From IMG/VR virus record IMGVR_UViG_3300045988_179014, positions 224,001-288,000 of that record: a DNA stretch of 64,000 bases. One strand, given 5' to 3'. Shown in pieces: positions 19,194-28,749 of this stretch. The stretch's first letter is position 1. The number at the start of each line of letters is the position of its first letter. Source of the stretch: a virus. Position numbers and translations under genes: made by a program. Under the pieces are notes generated by a model. The model saw only the letters and a list, made by a program, of their open reading frames with translations, had not been told where the DNA came from and did no database searches.

Positions 19194-19476
19194 GGTTTCT
19201 CCTATTACTGTTAAGCATGCAGCAATGTCACACATAATACGAATTACAAACAACATATAGTTTCTAAGGCGATGCATAGTTGTATCCAATACTGGTACAA
19301 CATGCTGAGGTTTCACAACATCCATATTCCCTTAGAACCTAGCAAAGTTATGTTACCAGTTATCGTACAAAGACTCAACACATGGAACTGTCAACATTGT
19401 TACAGTTACTTGGTTGTCAGTGTAATGTTTTGAGGCTTCTGAACCTCTACGTATCCCTCTATATGTTCAGATTCTT

Positions 19477-20219
19477 TCAGCAGCTTCCGCCACCAGCTGA
19501 ATTGCAATACTTTCCGTCAAATGCTGATTCTGGGATAGCGTTTCTTTCAAAAAAATACAACTCACGATAAAAATTCTCTCGTTCTGCATTTGTGAACAGT
19601 GTTCGTGGTAGGGAATGGTGCTCGTTCCGGTATCGATGACTCATTACAAAACTTCGTAATGCTGTTTTCAAGCTTTTAGCAACGCGGTCAGAAGATTTCT
19701 TGTTGCTAAAAGCTTTACTGACATCTGAACGAGCATGACGATATATTCGGTCCAAATAACGCCATTGATTGAAGCGTATGGCATTGTAATAAGATTTGTA
19801 CGGATTCCTGATAGTCACCAAACCTGAAGCATGAAGGCCAACTTCGGAGGGAATGCCTTTAAGTAATTAATGAGCTAGGTTGAATATTGAGGTAATACGA
19901 ACATCTACACCCTCGTTACTGAACACATGGTTAAAATCACGGTTTTGGATGTCGCTGTGATAATCAAAACATCTCGGTCACTGTCAGAATGATGCAGTCC
20001 GTAAACGCTCGAACCCAACAATCCATACCCCACAATATTGCCTTCCATTACCGGCAAAAGGCTTTTGTGGTGTTTCTGATAGTATCTTCTGCTGAGTTCC
20101 AACACCCATTCTGCTTCTGTCATTGTTGGTATTTTCAGAATCGGTTTCATAGGAGCATAAACTGTATTAGATTGATTGGGAATATCGTGCATAAAGGCCT
20201 CATAAATGATAAACAGCAA
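19477..20219 (-). pseudogene. Possibly split or frameshifted minimal nucleotidyltransferase (two ORFs, 19905..20219 and 19477..19821)
   Basis: Upstream piece carries hG[GS]-x10-DxD (LGSSVYGLHHSDSDRD) and ends with TAG soon after; the downstream ORF is in a different frame. Confidence 0.3.
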
Positions 20220-20371
20220 AATACTTGATTAAGGAGCTTATTAGAGATACAGTCCCACCATTGAAAGGAAACGTTTCAACAGTTGTTCAAACATAGGATA
20301 TACCCCTGAATAAGCGAGAATATAGCGAGCTTATTCAGGGGTATATATGTATGACTAGCCAATAGTTGCGT

Positions 20372-20797
20372 TCACATGTTGAAGCACATAAGTAGATGAC
20401 CCTTACGAGCCTCCATGAACTCACGGAGTACTTCTGGGAGAATCAGATTATCATAGTAGGAGTCATTTGGGACATCATAAGCATTCAGAGCCGATTCAAT
20501 CAGCTCGTCAGTAATTACATGGTATGACATCCCGTCACCCAGTACTTCAGTTAGTTTTTCGATTGGGTCAGGGATGTAGCCACCATCACCTGAAAGAGCC
20601 GCCTTTAGAGTGGATAATGAACCAACCTCCATATATCCAGAAGACTGGGCGCAAAACTCATGCAGAAGTTCGCTATAATTGGAACCATGGCTGAACAGTC
20701 CAGGCAGAATTTCTTCCACACCTTCAACCATAGTGTCTAGAAGACGACGGTTGCCAGGAGTATCAAGATTTGTAACCATTGTGTAATCTGCTGACAT
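20372..20797 (-). CDS. Hypothetical acidic protein
   Basis: ORF only. Confidence 0.35.
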   Translation of the reverse strand: MSADYTMVTNLDTPGNRRLLDTMVEGVEEILPGLFSHGSNYSELLHEFCAQSSGYMEVGSLSTLKAALSGDGGYIPDPIEKLTEVLGDGMSYHVITDELIESALNAYDVPNDSYYDNLILPEVLREFMEARKGHLLMCFNM

Positions 20798-20872
20798 TCT
20801 GCCTAACCTCCAAACTTATGTGTTCTGTACATTTAGCTTAGAGAAGAAAACTACAGATGTCAAATTTGTTTC

Positions 20873-22063
20873 TTGGAGGCCCATCCTATGTATCACATCA
20901 ACGATAAAGACGAATCGAAACGCTGTTATGCCAAAAGCATGGAAAGGTGTCGATTCTACCGTGCTGATGACCCTCGACACTATGAAACCGCAGAAGAAGC
21001 CCAACAAGCAGCAGAGGAAAGGATAAGAAAGAAAGCGTTGAAAGAAGGGCATGGAACCACCAATTCCTTGAGTAAACGCACCATGAATGAACATGATGAC
21101 AAAGACATTAATTTTGCTGGAATGGAACGTGATGAACGTACTCGCCAAATGCAGGAAACTCTTGACCGTGAGGTTGAACAACTAATCAAAGATGGACGAT
21201 TGGCAAAATTCTTGGATGCGATGTCCAAAAATGGGGTACAGAGATGGAGCGCCAACAACATTCTGTTAGCAGCTCTGCAATTGCGCTCATATCGGAAACG
21301 AAACGGATTACCAGTTACCAACAATCTATTTGACACCATAAATGAACTTGATGCTTGTGGAGCCAAACAATGGAATGAACGAGGACGTAAAGTCATCTCT
21401 GGAAAAGGTTCAGCTCTTTACATTCTGGCACCATTACAACGCAAATATCCTGTTAAAGACGCTCAAGGTAATCAATTAGTGGATGAAAACGGCCAACCAG
21501 TCATGCAACGTTACACATATGGTTGGCGTTCTGTAGCTGTTTTTGATGTCAGTCAAACAGAAGGTGAACCAGTTCCTCAGAATCCACTACAAATGAAACC
21601 CGTCACTACAAAAATCAAATCGCAATATGTGGATGACATGAAGAATGTGGTTCAATCATATGGATACAAAGTCGTTCATGCGGAAACAGCGTCAGACCCA
21701 GAAAGATTGAAAGGAACTTTGGGCGCGACCAATCCCACCACAAAAGAAGTGACAATAGACCCTCGTTTATCAGAAGCGCAACAAGCGGCTGTTCTAGCAC
21801 ACGAATTAGGCCATATTGCAATGGGGCATTTGGATGAGGATATGCAGGAATATGTAAAACATAGAGGAATTAAGGAAACTGAAGCTGAGGCGCTTGGTTA
21901 CATGTTGCTGCAAAGAGCTGGACTTGGACCAAAGGAAGGCGCCGCATTCTCAGCTCCTTATGTTGCAGGTTGGTCTAAAGGTGATATGAGTATGGTGCGT
22001 ACAGCTTTGAATAAAGTCACTAGTCGTTTCGGTAAACTGATGGATATATTGAAATGGGATTGA
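20873..22063 (+). CDS. N-terminal Cys/His module fused to an ArdC-like antirestriction / HExxH metallopeptidase (ImmA/IrrE-like) domain
   Basis: N-terminus MYHINDKDESKRCYAKSMERC...AEEAQQAAEERI; C-terminal HELGHIAMGH zinc-peptidase motif; overall ArdC-like architecture. Confidence 0.5.
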   Translation: MEAHPMYHINDKDESKRCYAKSMERCRFYRADDPRHYETAEEAQQAAEERIRKKALKEGHGTTNSLSKRTMNEHDDKDINFAGMERDERTRQMQETLDREVEQLIKDGRLAKFLDAMSKNGVQRWSANNILLAALQLRSYRKRNGLPVTNNLFDTINELDACGAKQWNERGRKVISGKGSALYILAPLQRKYPVKDAQGNQLVDENGQPVMQRYTYGWRSVAVFDVSQTEGEPVPQNPLQMKPVTTKIKSQYVDDMKNVVQSYGYKVVHAETASDPERLKGTLGATNPTTKEVTIDPRLSEAQQAAVLAHELGHIAMGHLDEDMQEYVKHRGIKETEAEALGYMLLQRAGLGPKEGAAFSAPYVAGWSKGDMSMVRTALNKVTSRFGKLMDILKWD

Positions 22064-22076
22064 GATAGGAAAGATT

Positions 22077-22223
22077 ATGGCAATTAGTGTAACAATTGAA
22101 CTACCTGATGGGGAAGAGAAAACATTCACAGGAGAAACTCAAGAAGATGTTGAGAATGAGATTGATTTATTCTTTTCACAAGAGTACCCTGAACCGGAAT
22201 CTGAAGAAGAATACCCCATTTGA
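22077..22223 (+). CDS. Small acidic protein (48 aa)
   Basis: Good RBS (GGAAAGATTATGG), followed by a strong hairpin terminator. Confidence 0.35.
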   Translation: MAISVTIELPDGEEKTFTGETQEDVENEIDLFFSQEYPEPESEEEYPI

Positions 22224-22236
22224 GTAGATAACTTAA

Positions 22237-22268
22237 AACAATAAGAACCCACTGATGAAAAATTCAGT
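22237..22268. terminator. Bidirectional intrinsic terminator (GAACCCACTGA...TCAGTGGGTTC followed by TTTATG)
   Basis: Perfect 11-bp inverted repeat between convergent genes. Confidence 0.55.
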
Positions 22269-22316
22269 GGGTTCTTTATGTCCCTAGTTGAGTGATACCT
22301 CATATCTTGGGAGAAA

Positions 22317-22928
22317 TTAACACATTCTAGCCCAGTTGTTTGGACGTTTGTCTTTTGTTACGTCCCATTCCGTCAACTCAGGGCAATCATCCAATACATC
22401 AAAGTCCATACTGTTGTTGTAAACTTGTGCCAAATTTTTGAGCGCAACTCGACGACGCTCGCGTGATGTTGGTGCTGGATGTCCACATGAAGGATATGAA
22501 CAATGATGACGCTGACGTTGTGAAACAACAGGTCGACATTCAGCACGTAATCCAGTACGAGTATCCTTTCCAGTTCTTGCATCATAATGAGCGATATCCG
22601 TACAATACGGGTTCACTTCTTGCGTGCGTTCACGATATACAGCGAACGCAATTGATTTAGGTCTGATTACGTCATTGTCAGCATAAATATTGTAATCAAT
22701 GCGTGCTGGTAGCTCCTTTTCCTCGTAGAAATATTCAGAACCTAGGTTATGTAAAAATTCGCGATATTGCGCCAAGGTTTTGGCATCAGCTTTTGGAATG
22801 ACAATAGATAGTTCGTTCATTTTTACAATGGAACGGTATGTATGACCTAAACATGAGTGGTCATGATGAATATGTCCTGACTTCATTGTACGTACATGGT
22901 AAGGAATATCTTTCTCTGTTCGAGACAT
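22317..22928 (-). CDS. Hypothetical His/Cys-rich protein
   Basis: GHIHHDHSCLGH and HHCSYPSCGH clusters; fold not assigned. Confidence 0.35.
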   Translation of the reverse strand: MSRTEKDIPYHVRTMKSGHIHHDHSCLGHTYRSIVKMNELSIVIPKADAKTLAQYREFLHNLGSEYFYEEKELPARIDYNIYADNDVIRPKSIAFAVYRERTQEVNPYCTDIAHYDARTGKDTRTGLRAECRPVVSQRQRHHCSYPSCGHPAPTSRERRRVALKNLAQVYNNSMDFDVLDDCPELTEWDVTKDKRPNNWARMC

Positions 22929-23119
22929 TGGAACTCCTCTCAGTCCTATTTATCAATGAAACTCTGGGGCTAGAATTGATGTCCAACAGCGAAACATCAT
23001 GAATCCAGTCTTTAGTTTCTAATCGACCAATGAGTCAACCTACAAAAACGTATGGGATTATTCTAACACACTCTCACGATTAACAAAAAATCTGACACAC
23101 TATTACAATAGTTCAACAA

Positions 23120-25084
23120 CTACCGCCTAACCATCGTATTGGATACATCATGGATTTCTTCATGGTCAACTGGGGTAGGGACGAACACCCCATTACGATG
23201 CAAAGAACTCTGAAAATTATACAACGCTTTCATCATCATTACCGTATCAGCTTCAGCAGCGTGTGCATCCACATATGGTACTCCATTGTCTTCTGAAAAC
23301 GACTGCAATGAGTTGTCAATAGATGTAACCATAAGATGAGATGCAATTTGTTTAGTATCCAAAATCAACAAACTACCATCATCCAACGCTTCAGCAAACC
23401 CTGGAAGATTCACTGCCAGAAACTCTTTTTCAAATGTGGCATTATGAGCTACAAGCACTGCACCATGAAGAGCGTCCCAAATAGCTGTCACATTGGCTTC
23501 ATCCTCAAATTCCGGCTTGTTTGCCACCATATCAGGAGTAATACGATGCAAAGACTCCAGTCCCACACCTACTCCATCAATCACGTCAGCACTTATCCCG
23601 TGAAGAGTAGACAGCAATGTTTCCACATTACCATCTGGAGACAAACGGACAATGGCGGTTTCCAAAATACGCCCTTTAGCAGGAGACGCTGCACTCGTTT
23701 CCAAATCAATACCAACTATAGGCTGGGTGCGGATTGACGGATTGTGCGCAGCGTACACAGATGTCAAAACTGATTGAATCTGTGTGGGGGAATAACTAGT
23801 GCCGTCTTTCTTGACTTTGGTGAAAGCATCGCGTACAACTTGATAACAATGCTCCACCGTATCCCCAGAGTATGCTGCTACTTTGTACGCCCAGTCTTTC
23901 ATATTGACACTCTTTGGGAACCCTTTATGAATCTTCTTTGCAAAACGATTCACCCCAGCCGCCAATTCCTCTTTGATGGTCTCTACTTCATGCCAGAATT
24001 CGGCTGCTGCGGTTTTCATGTGTTCCCACTCTTCAACAGCTCGTGGGTCATCCATGTTGAAGTGGTACTCGCGATAGTCATAATCATCCAAAACAGCTAC
24101 CAAAGTAACCGTTTTCAAACCAGCCAATCCCGCATACCAAATGGCTTGCTGTCGATACCCAACTGGCATTCCTGCAAAGCCATCTTCAGTGTCTCCCCAT
24201 TTAGAGCTATTGTGAACGCCTGTTTTGATTTCTACGATACCAACGGGAGTATTGGTATCATCAAGCTCTAAACCGTCAAAATTTGCATGACAGTGGGAAA
24301 ACTCGCCAGTCCCGGCCCATGAGGTTTTACAGAAAGCGATGCGTTTCCCAGAGTTCTTCATGTACATATGTCGGATAGCTTCTTCCCAAGCATTTCCCCG
24401 CCCTACAGCTGTTCGTTTGTCAAGACGGGAGTCATCATCAACAGGAAGAATGGACAATCCAACTTTCTGAAGAAGCAATGAATGATAATCTCGTGCTCCA
24501 TATTCTGGGTTGGATTTCAGGATTTTGTGGATATCTGAGCCACCAATGCCATTGTTACGCGCATGATGCCACTCAGCGCTACCAGAGACATAATCCCCTA
24601 CTGCTACCAAAGACCCAATGGTATCTTTGGTGTATGCCAGGAATGTCCCCTCCTCACGTTGTTGCTGTTCACGAATACGCGAAAAAGCTTCAGCCGCCAT
24701 AGCATTGAACGCTTTGTACTCATCAATATTTGTGTTCAGCAGCGATAACCGCTCAAACACTGAACGGTAGGGTAGCGTTGCTTCACGAATAGCAACATAT
24801 GACTTTCTTTTAGTTCCATCCTCATATGGAAGATACCCTTTTGCTCGTTTGATGTTAATGAGCAGATGTCGAAGTACTTTGTAAAAATTGCCCCTAACAT
24901 CAAGGGCGGCCTGGAATTCTGGAGTGTTACTACGTTGGAACACCCACCTCATGAGTACATCTGGGTCCTGTTTTTCCAGTAATTGGTCCAGTTCTGAAGC
25001 CGTACCCTCAGAATTGAACTCTGCTATTGACACTGGCCAATCCAAAACCTCAGAAAGGCTGTACTCAATGTCGTTGTCTGTCAT
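23120..25084 (-). CDS. Fusion protein: YqaJ-like (lambda-exonuclease-type) recombinase nuclease domain plus C-terminal DEDD 3'-5' exonuclease domain
   Basis: WHHARNNGIGGSDIHKIL (YqaJ signature) in the middle; C-terminal IVGIDLETSAAS...VAHNATFEKEFL (DEDDh). Confidence 0.5.
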   Translation of the reverse strand: MTDNDIEYSLSEVLDWPVSIAEFNSEGTASELDQLLEKQDPDVLMRWVFQRSNTPEFQAALDVRGNFYKVLRHLLINIKRAKGYLPYEDGTKRKSYVAIREATLPYRSVFERLSLLNTNIDEYKAFNAMAAEAFSRIREQQQREEGTFLAYTKDTIGSLVAVGDYVSGSAEWHHARNNGIGGSDIHKILKSNPEYGARDYHSLLLQKVGLSILPVDDDSRLDKRTAVGRGNAWEEAIRHMYMKNSGKRIAFCKTSWAGTGEFSHCHANFDGLELDDTNTPVGIVEIKTGVHNSSKWGDTEDGFAGMPVGYRQQAIWYAGLAGLKTVTLVAVLDDYDYREYHFNMDDPRAVEEWEHMKTAAAEFWHEVETIKEELAAGVNRFAKKIHKGFPKSVNMKDWAYKVAAYSGDTVEHCYQVVRDAFTKVKKDGTSYSPTQIQSVLTSVYAAHNPSIRTQPIVGIDLETSAASPAKGRILETAIVRLSPDGNVETLLSTLHGISADVIDGVGVGLESLHRITPDMVANKPEFEDEANVTAIWDALHGAVLVAHNATFEKEFLAVNLPGFAEALDDGSLLILDTKQIASHLMVTSIDNSLQSFSEDNGVPYVDAHAAEADTVMMMKALYNFQSSLHRNGVFVPTPVDHEEIHDVSNTMVRR

Positions 25085-25227
25085 GGAACCTCCAAATCTA
25101 CCTCATACCATTACACCATTCAAACACTGTGGTGTCAAATTGACTGATTCAACTTTGAATCATATGGAACCATGATTTGGTATTCTGAAATCAACATGAA
25201 TACAATACAAGGAATAATGGCAATACG

Positions 25228-25710
25228 ATGATTGAAGCGGTTATTGGACTTGGAATAGTCACTTTGGTGATGATACTAGTATTGTTGCTTTCTCTCTGGT
25301 CAGAACAGCCAGCAGAAGAAACAGGAGTAACTCCAACACAAACTCTATCAACCTCAAACAGTAAGTCATTATCTGACCAACTAAGTGTTTCTGTTTCATC
25401 AGTTCAGGAAGAGAATGAACTGAAAATTATCTCATTAAGCCTTGAAAATTTAGGTACTACCAGTTTGCATGTTGGTGTCACCAGAGTTGTTGGTATTATT
25501 GGCAGTCATCAGAAACAATTTGGTGAAAATGGCGTTCCTGACCGGTTAACAATTGTTTTGGCTCCTTCAAGCATTGAGGTGTTGAATGTGGGATTGGATG
25601 ATTACCCACAAACCACAGTTGCCATGTTGATAGAATTTGTGAACTTGAATACAATAAAACATGGGAAACTGTCATCGCGTGATTATTTGACCAAAACATT
25701 CACATTTTGA
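25228..25710 (+). CDS. Secreted or membrane-anchored Ser/Thr-rich protein
   Basis: N-terminal hydrophobic segment LGIVTLVMILVLLLSLW. Confidence 0.4.
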   Translation: MIEAVIGLGIVTLVMILVLLLSLWSEQPAEETGVTPTQTLSTSNSKSLSDQLSVSVSSVQEENELKIISLSLENLGTTSLHVGVTRVVGIIGSHQKQFGENGVPDRLTIVLAPSSIEVLNVGLDDYPQTTVAMLIEFVNLNTIKHGKLSSRDYLTKTFTF

Positions 25711-25814
25711 TGCCATTACGAGGTGAACGATTTCCACATCTATACTAATATGCAGTAGTTTTCAACATACTAAAAACTTATTGGAGGCAAAACAACTACA
25801 ATGTTGGAAACACT

Positions 25815-26792
25815 TCAATTTGAGTATTTGTTGATAATGTTTTGTAACCTGCTGGTAGTGTTGCACAATTGTTTCCATATCACAGCTTTACCACGTTCTG
25901 AAATTGGCAGATTCAGCTTCATCATGGAATGTTTGAAAACCTCTACTACTGGAAGATACTTGATAGCTTGTTTTTTCGTTTTGTGTCTTCGTTCAGGAAT
26001 GTCATTGTTGTAAAGCCCTGTTGCGTTGTCAATGAAATCGCTTACTTTTACTAAAAATACTCCAGGATGATTTTCAATTGCTTTGGCCACGTGGTCGTGA
26101 TAACGCTTGTTCTTGACTTCTGTTGACATGCGTGATTTGTCCTGGTCTGCAATGTAATCATTTGTCACTGCATCCACCAAATGAAGAACACGAGGACCAT
26201 AAGCGTCATTGATGTGTTGACGTAATGTGTTTCGTGCTGTCAATTCATCACAATCAGTTACCCCGTGAAATTTGTCCATGAAAACTCTTGCCCCATCTTC
26301 AATTGTGTCATGAAGAACAGCAGCAACAATTACATCTTGGTCCTGTGCACCCAAACGTATCAAACGTACCGCATTACGTAGAGGATGTTCAATATAAGGC
26401 GTGGTCGCAAAGTTACCTCGATTGCCTCTGATTTGATGTGCATGCAGGATAGTAGCCAAATCTACTGACGAATCGACAATTTCAGCATTCAAGCCCAACA
26501 ATGCTGCTTCATGCCGTAATGTTTGAGCCAGTTGTGCCGCATCCAGTTTTTTCAAAGGTGTTTCACGTAACACTTGCGCTGAACGAGCACATAATTCTTC
26601 TGCACTTACACTAATTGAGGAATGGGGATGGTTTCGGGGCTTTTTTAATGTTGGAATCATTGAGTGGGCCATCATGGATTCATGGTTTTGTTTTGCAGCA
26701 TCAGCAGAATCACCATGAACCAGAGGACAATGACCTTCGCGAGCATCACAGCGAACAGATTTTCCCAATGTCTCGCTGAAATGGTACCTCAT
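25815..26792 (-). CDS. N-terminal Cys/His module fused to a RelA/SpoT-type HD hydrolase ((p)ppGpp / alarmone hydrolase-like)
   Basis: N-terminus RYHFSETLGKSVRCDAREGHCP; EHPLRNAVRLIRLGAQDQDVIVAAVLHDTIEDG matches the SpoT hydrolase HD signature. Confidence 0.6.
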   Translation of the reverse strand: MRYHFSETLGKSVRCDAREGHCPLVHGDSADAAKQNHESMMAHSMIPTLKKPRNHPHSSISVSAEELCARSAQVLRETPLKKLDAAQLAQTLRHEAALLGLNAEIVDSSVDLATILHAHQIRGNRGNFATTPYIEHPLRNAVRLIRLGAQDQDVIVAAVLHDTIEDGARVFMDKFHGVTDCDELTARNTLRQHINDAYGPRVLHLVDAVTNDYIADQDKSRMSTEVKNKRYHDHVAKAIENHPGVFLVKVSDFIDNATGLYNNDIPERRHKTKKQAIKYLPVVEVFKHSMMKLNLPISERGKAVIWKQLCNTTSRLQNIINKYSN

Positions 26793-26875
26793 GATACATC
26801 CCTTCCATTATCCCCATTGTTAGCTTTTGAATGGTTCTCTAACAGAAGATTATCATACTAAGACTATTTAAAAGT

Positions 26876-27301
26876 TCACCGAATGTTTTTAAGAGAGAAT
26901 ACACACCCATTCTCTTCACGTTTACCAACTAAAATCCCTACATTGGATGCATCCCCAGTACGCCATGTTGCTGCTTGCACAGACCCTTGAAAATCTCGCG
27001 TACAAATTGGAGCCTTTCCTTCCAAAAGCTTCAGATTCGTTACATTTGTTGCAGTTTCTATTGTGGCAATAATATTCTCGTGATTATTGGTTCTGTTGTA
27101 GTGTGTGGCCAGTATGTAACATAATATTGTAGCCATCAAAACTGGAACCACTACAAGAGCTTTGGCAAGCGAATCAGTTTTCTGGGTTGCTGAAAAACTC
27201 AAATTGAAATAATGCGCGGTTATTACCATGCCAACAACAAGCACTATGATTGTTAATCCAAACGGCCATAATGACAGATGGTTAAAAGGTACTGTGGTCA
27301 T
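26876..27301 (-). CDS. Small integral membrane protein
   Basis: Two or three hydrophobic helices; preferred start MTTVPF at 27301, overlapping the upstream gene stop as ATGA. Confidence 0.4.
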   Translation of the reverse strand: MTTVPFNHLSLWPFGLTIIVLVVGMVITAHYFNLSFSATQKTDSLAKALVVVPVLMATILCYILATHYNRTNNHENIIATIETATNVTNLKLLEGKAPICTRDFQGSVQAATWRTGDASNVGILVGKREENGCVFSLKNIR

Positions 27302-27516
27302 CGTGGCATCACCATGATAGATAGATTCTTCACACTTGGTTGTCTCACACAACGTCCATACTCAGTCAAATATGTGTTAAACAATGTAGTCAGGAAATCA
27401 ACTGCCTGTTCTGGTCTCATTCTTTGTCGTCCCTTTAGAATAACAACGACTCGGACCTGCTCCTTGGCTTTCAAAAATTTCTGGGCCTGTGCCATTTTTC
27501 TATGTAAATCGTTCAA
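27298..27516 (-). CDS. Standalone translation initiation factor IF3 C-terminal-domain-like miniprotein
   Basis: DLHRKMAQAQKFLKAKEQVRVVVILKGRQRMRPEQAVDFL parallels the IF3-C pattern HD...K...A..FL..G.KVKV.V.FRGRE..H.E.G...L. Confidence 0.5.
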   Translation of the reverse strand: MNDLHRKMAQAQKFLKAKEQVRVVVILKGRQRMRPEQAVDFLTTLFNTYLTEYGRCVRQPSVKNLSIMVMPR

Positions 27517-27705
27517 CCCTATTTGAAGCGTGCATTGGATTGTTTTAATGATTTTCTCCTCTACTTGTGCTACTATAATATTGTTTCTACAGTTGTAATG
27601 TTATCATTATGCACATCTTGACAGAAACATGTCCCATACATGAATCATTCACAATAATAATTCAATACCATCTTTTATCTAGCAGTTTTCTTCTCATGTC
27701 TTACT

Positions 27706-28500
27706 TCAGTTTTCTATCACAGGTATTGGAGTAGTTGCATTAGGTGTTGGTGATGGGCTGGAAACAGGTGTAGGTGTTGCGGACGGAGACGGAACAGGTG
27801 TCAATTCTGTCTCGTCTGCTCGTTTCTTCGCTGTTTCTTCTGCTTGACGTTGCCGTTCCCTTGCCAAAGCTTCTTGACGTTCCCGCCTCGCTCTGTCCGC
27901 TTCACGTTGCGCATCTTTTCTTCTCTGTGCTGCAACAGAATCTTTAAGTTCTTCTGCCAAGTCGTCTTGTTTGGCTTTTTCAGTACTGTGAAGCGTTTTT
28001 TGCTGCTCATCCTGCGCAGCTTCATTGGTCTTGGTCTCATTCCATGTATCCAATGAATGCTTCAAATCCTCAAATTTAGGCTGAATGTCTGATATGGCTT
28101 GCAAAAACTTGTTTCTATTTGTAACCAATTCATCCATATTCGCTTCTGTAGACAATTCTGTATCCAAAAGGGAACGAAACACGCTAAGAGAGGTATGAAG
28201 GTTTGCTCGATTGGGAGTAATAATCTTACTGTCAGTATCTTTCAACAATTGGTCAGATTGTTCCACTAATTCTTGAAACATGTGACGAGTTTGTTGTTCT
28301 AATCGTTTAGCAGTGGCATGAATTGATTGAAGCGCATAAACGTAAGCTTGTTGTGATTCATGGTTGTGTTTTACCATCCCAGCTCCCACTATTCCGCTAA
28401 CGATGAAACCACACACAGCCATGAAAGCACTAGTTCCAACAACTGCCGTTTTCTTCTTTTTAGAAACTGATTGCCACCACCGTTTCATGTTCGTCCTCAC
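27706..28500 (-). CDS. Membrane-anchored coiled-coil protein with Pro/Thr-rich C-terminus
   Basis: TM near the N-terminus, long charged helices, and a PSPSATPTPVSSPSPTP tail. Confidence 0.4.
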   Translation of the reverse strand: MRTNMKRWWQSVSKKKKTAVVGTSAFMAVCGFIVSGIVGAGMVKHNHESQQAYVYALQSIHATAKRLEQQTRHMFQELVEQSDQLLKDTDSKIITPNRANLHTSLSVFRSLLDTELSTEANMDELVTNRNKFLQAISDIQPKFEDLKHSLDTWNETKTNEAAQDEQQKTLHSTEKAKQDDLAEELKDSVAAQRRKDAQREADRARRERQEALARERQRQAEETAKKRADETELTPVPSPSATPTPVSSPSPTPNATTPIPVIEN

Positions 28501-28749
28501 ATTTTCTCATGAATGAAACACTGTACTCTGCTATCATATTAGATTACCACAACAGTATCATTCAGCTTAGTTGTCGAGTTACTACCAAAACCAATATTTT
28601 CGCACTCATATCAGTATTCAAACCATAAATCAACAATGAACACACTTTAAAGAGATAGCGCCTAATATTATATTATGTGTTATGGAATGTTTGTTTGCAT
28701 TGGATTCAAAATTCACAGGTTGGTTGACAACAAATGATAGGATGATGAC

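Noticed and set aside
19875-19907. Suppression of the TAG stop of ORF 19905..20219 by the CUA tRNA to extend the protein
   Set aside because: Read-through runs into a second in-frame TAG after 9 codons, and the downstream ORF is in another frame. No evidence for productive read-through.
26876-27352. Long (158-aa) version of the membrane-protein ORF starting at 27352
   Set aside because: It would overlap the IF3-CTD-like ORF by 55 bp. An internal ATG at 27301 gives a classic ATGA stop/start overlap and begins right at the hydrophobic segment.
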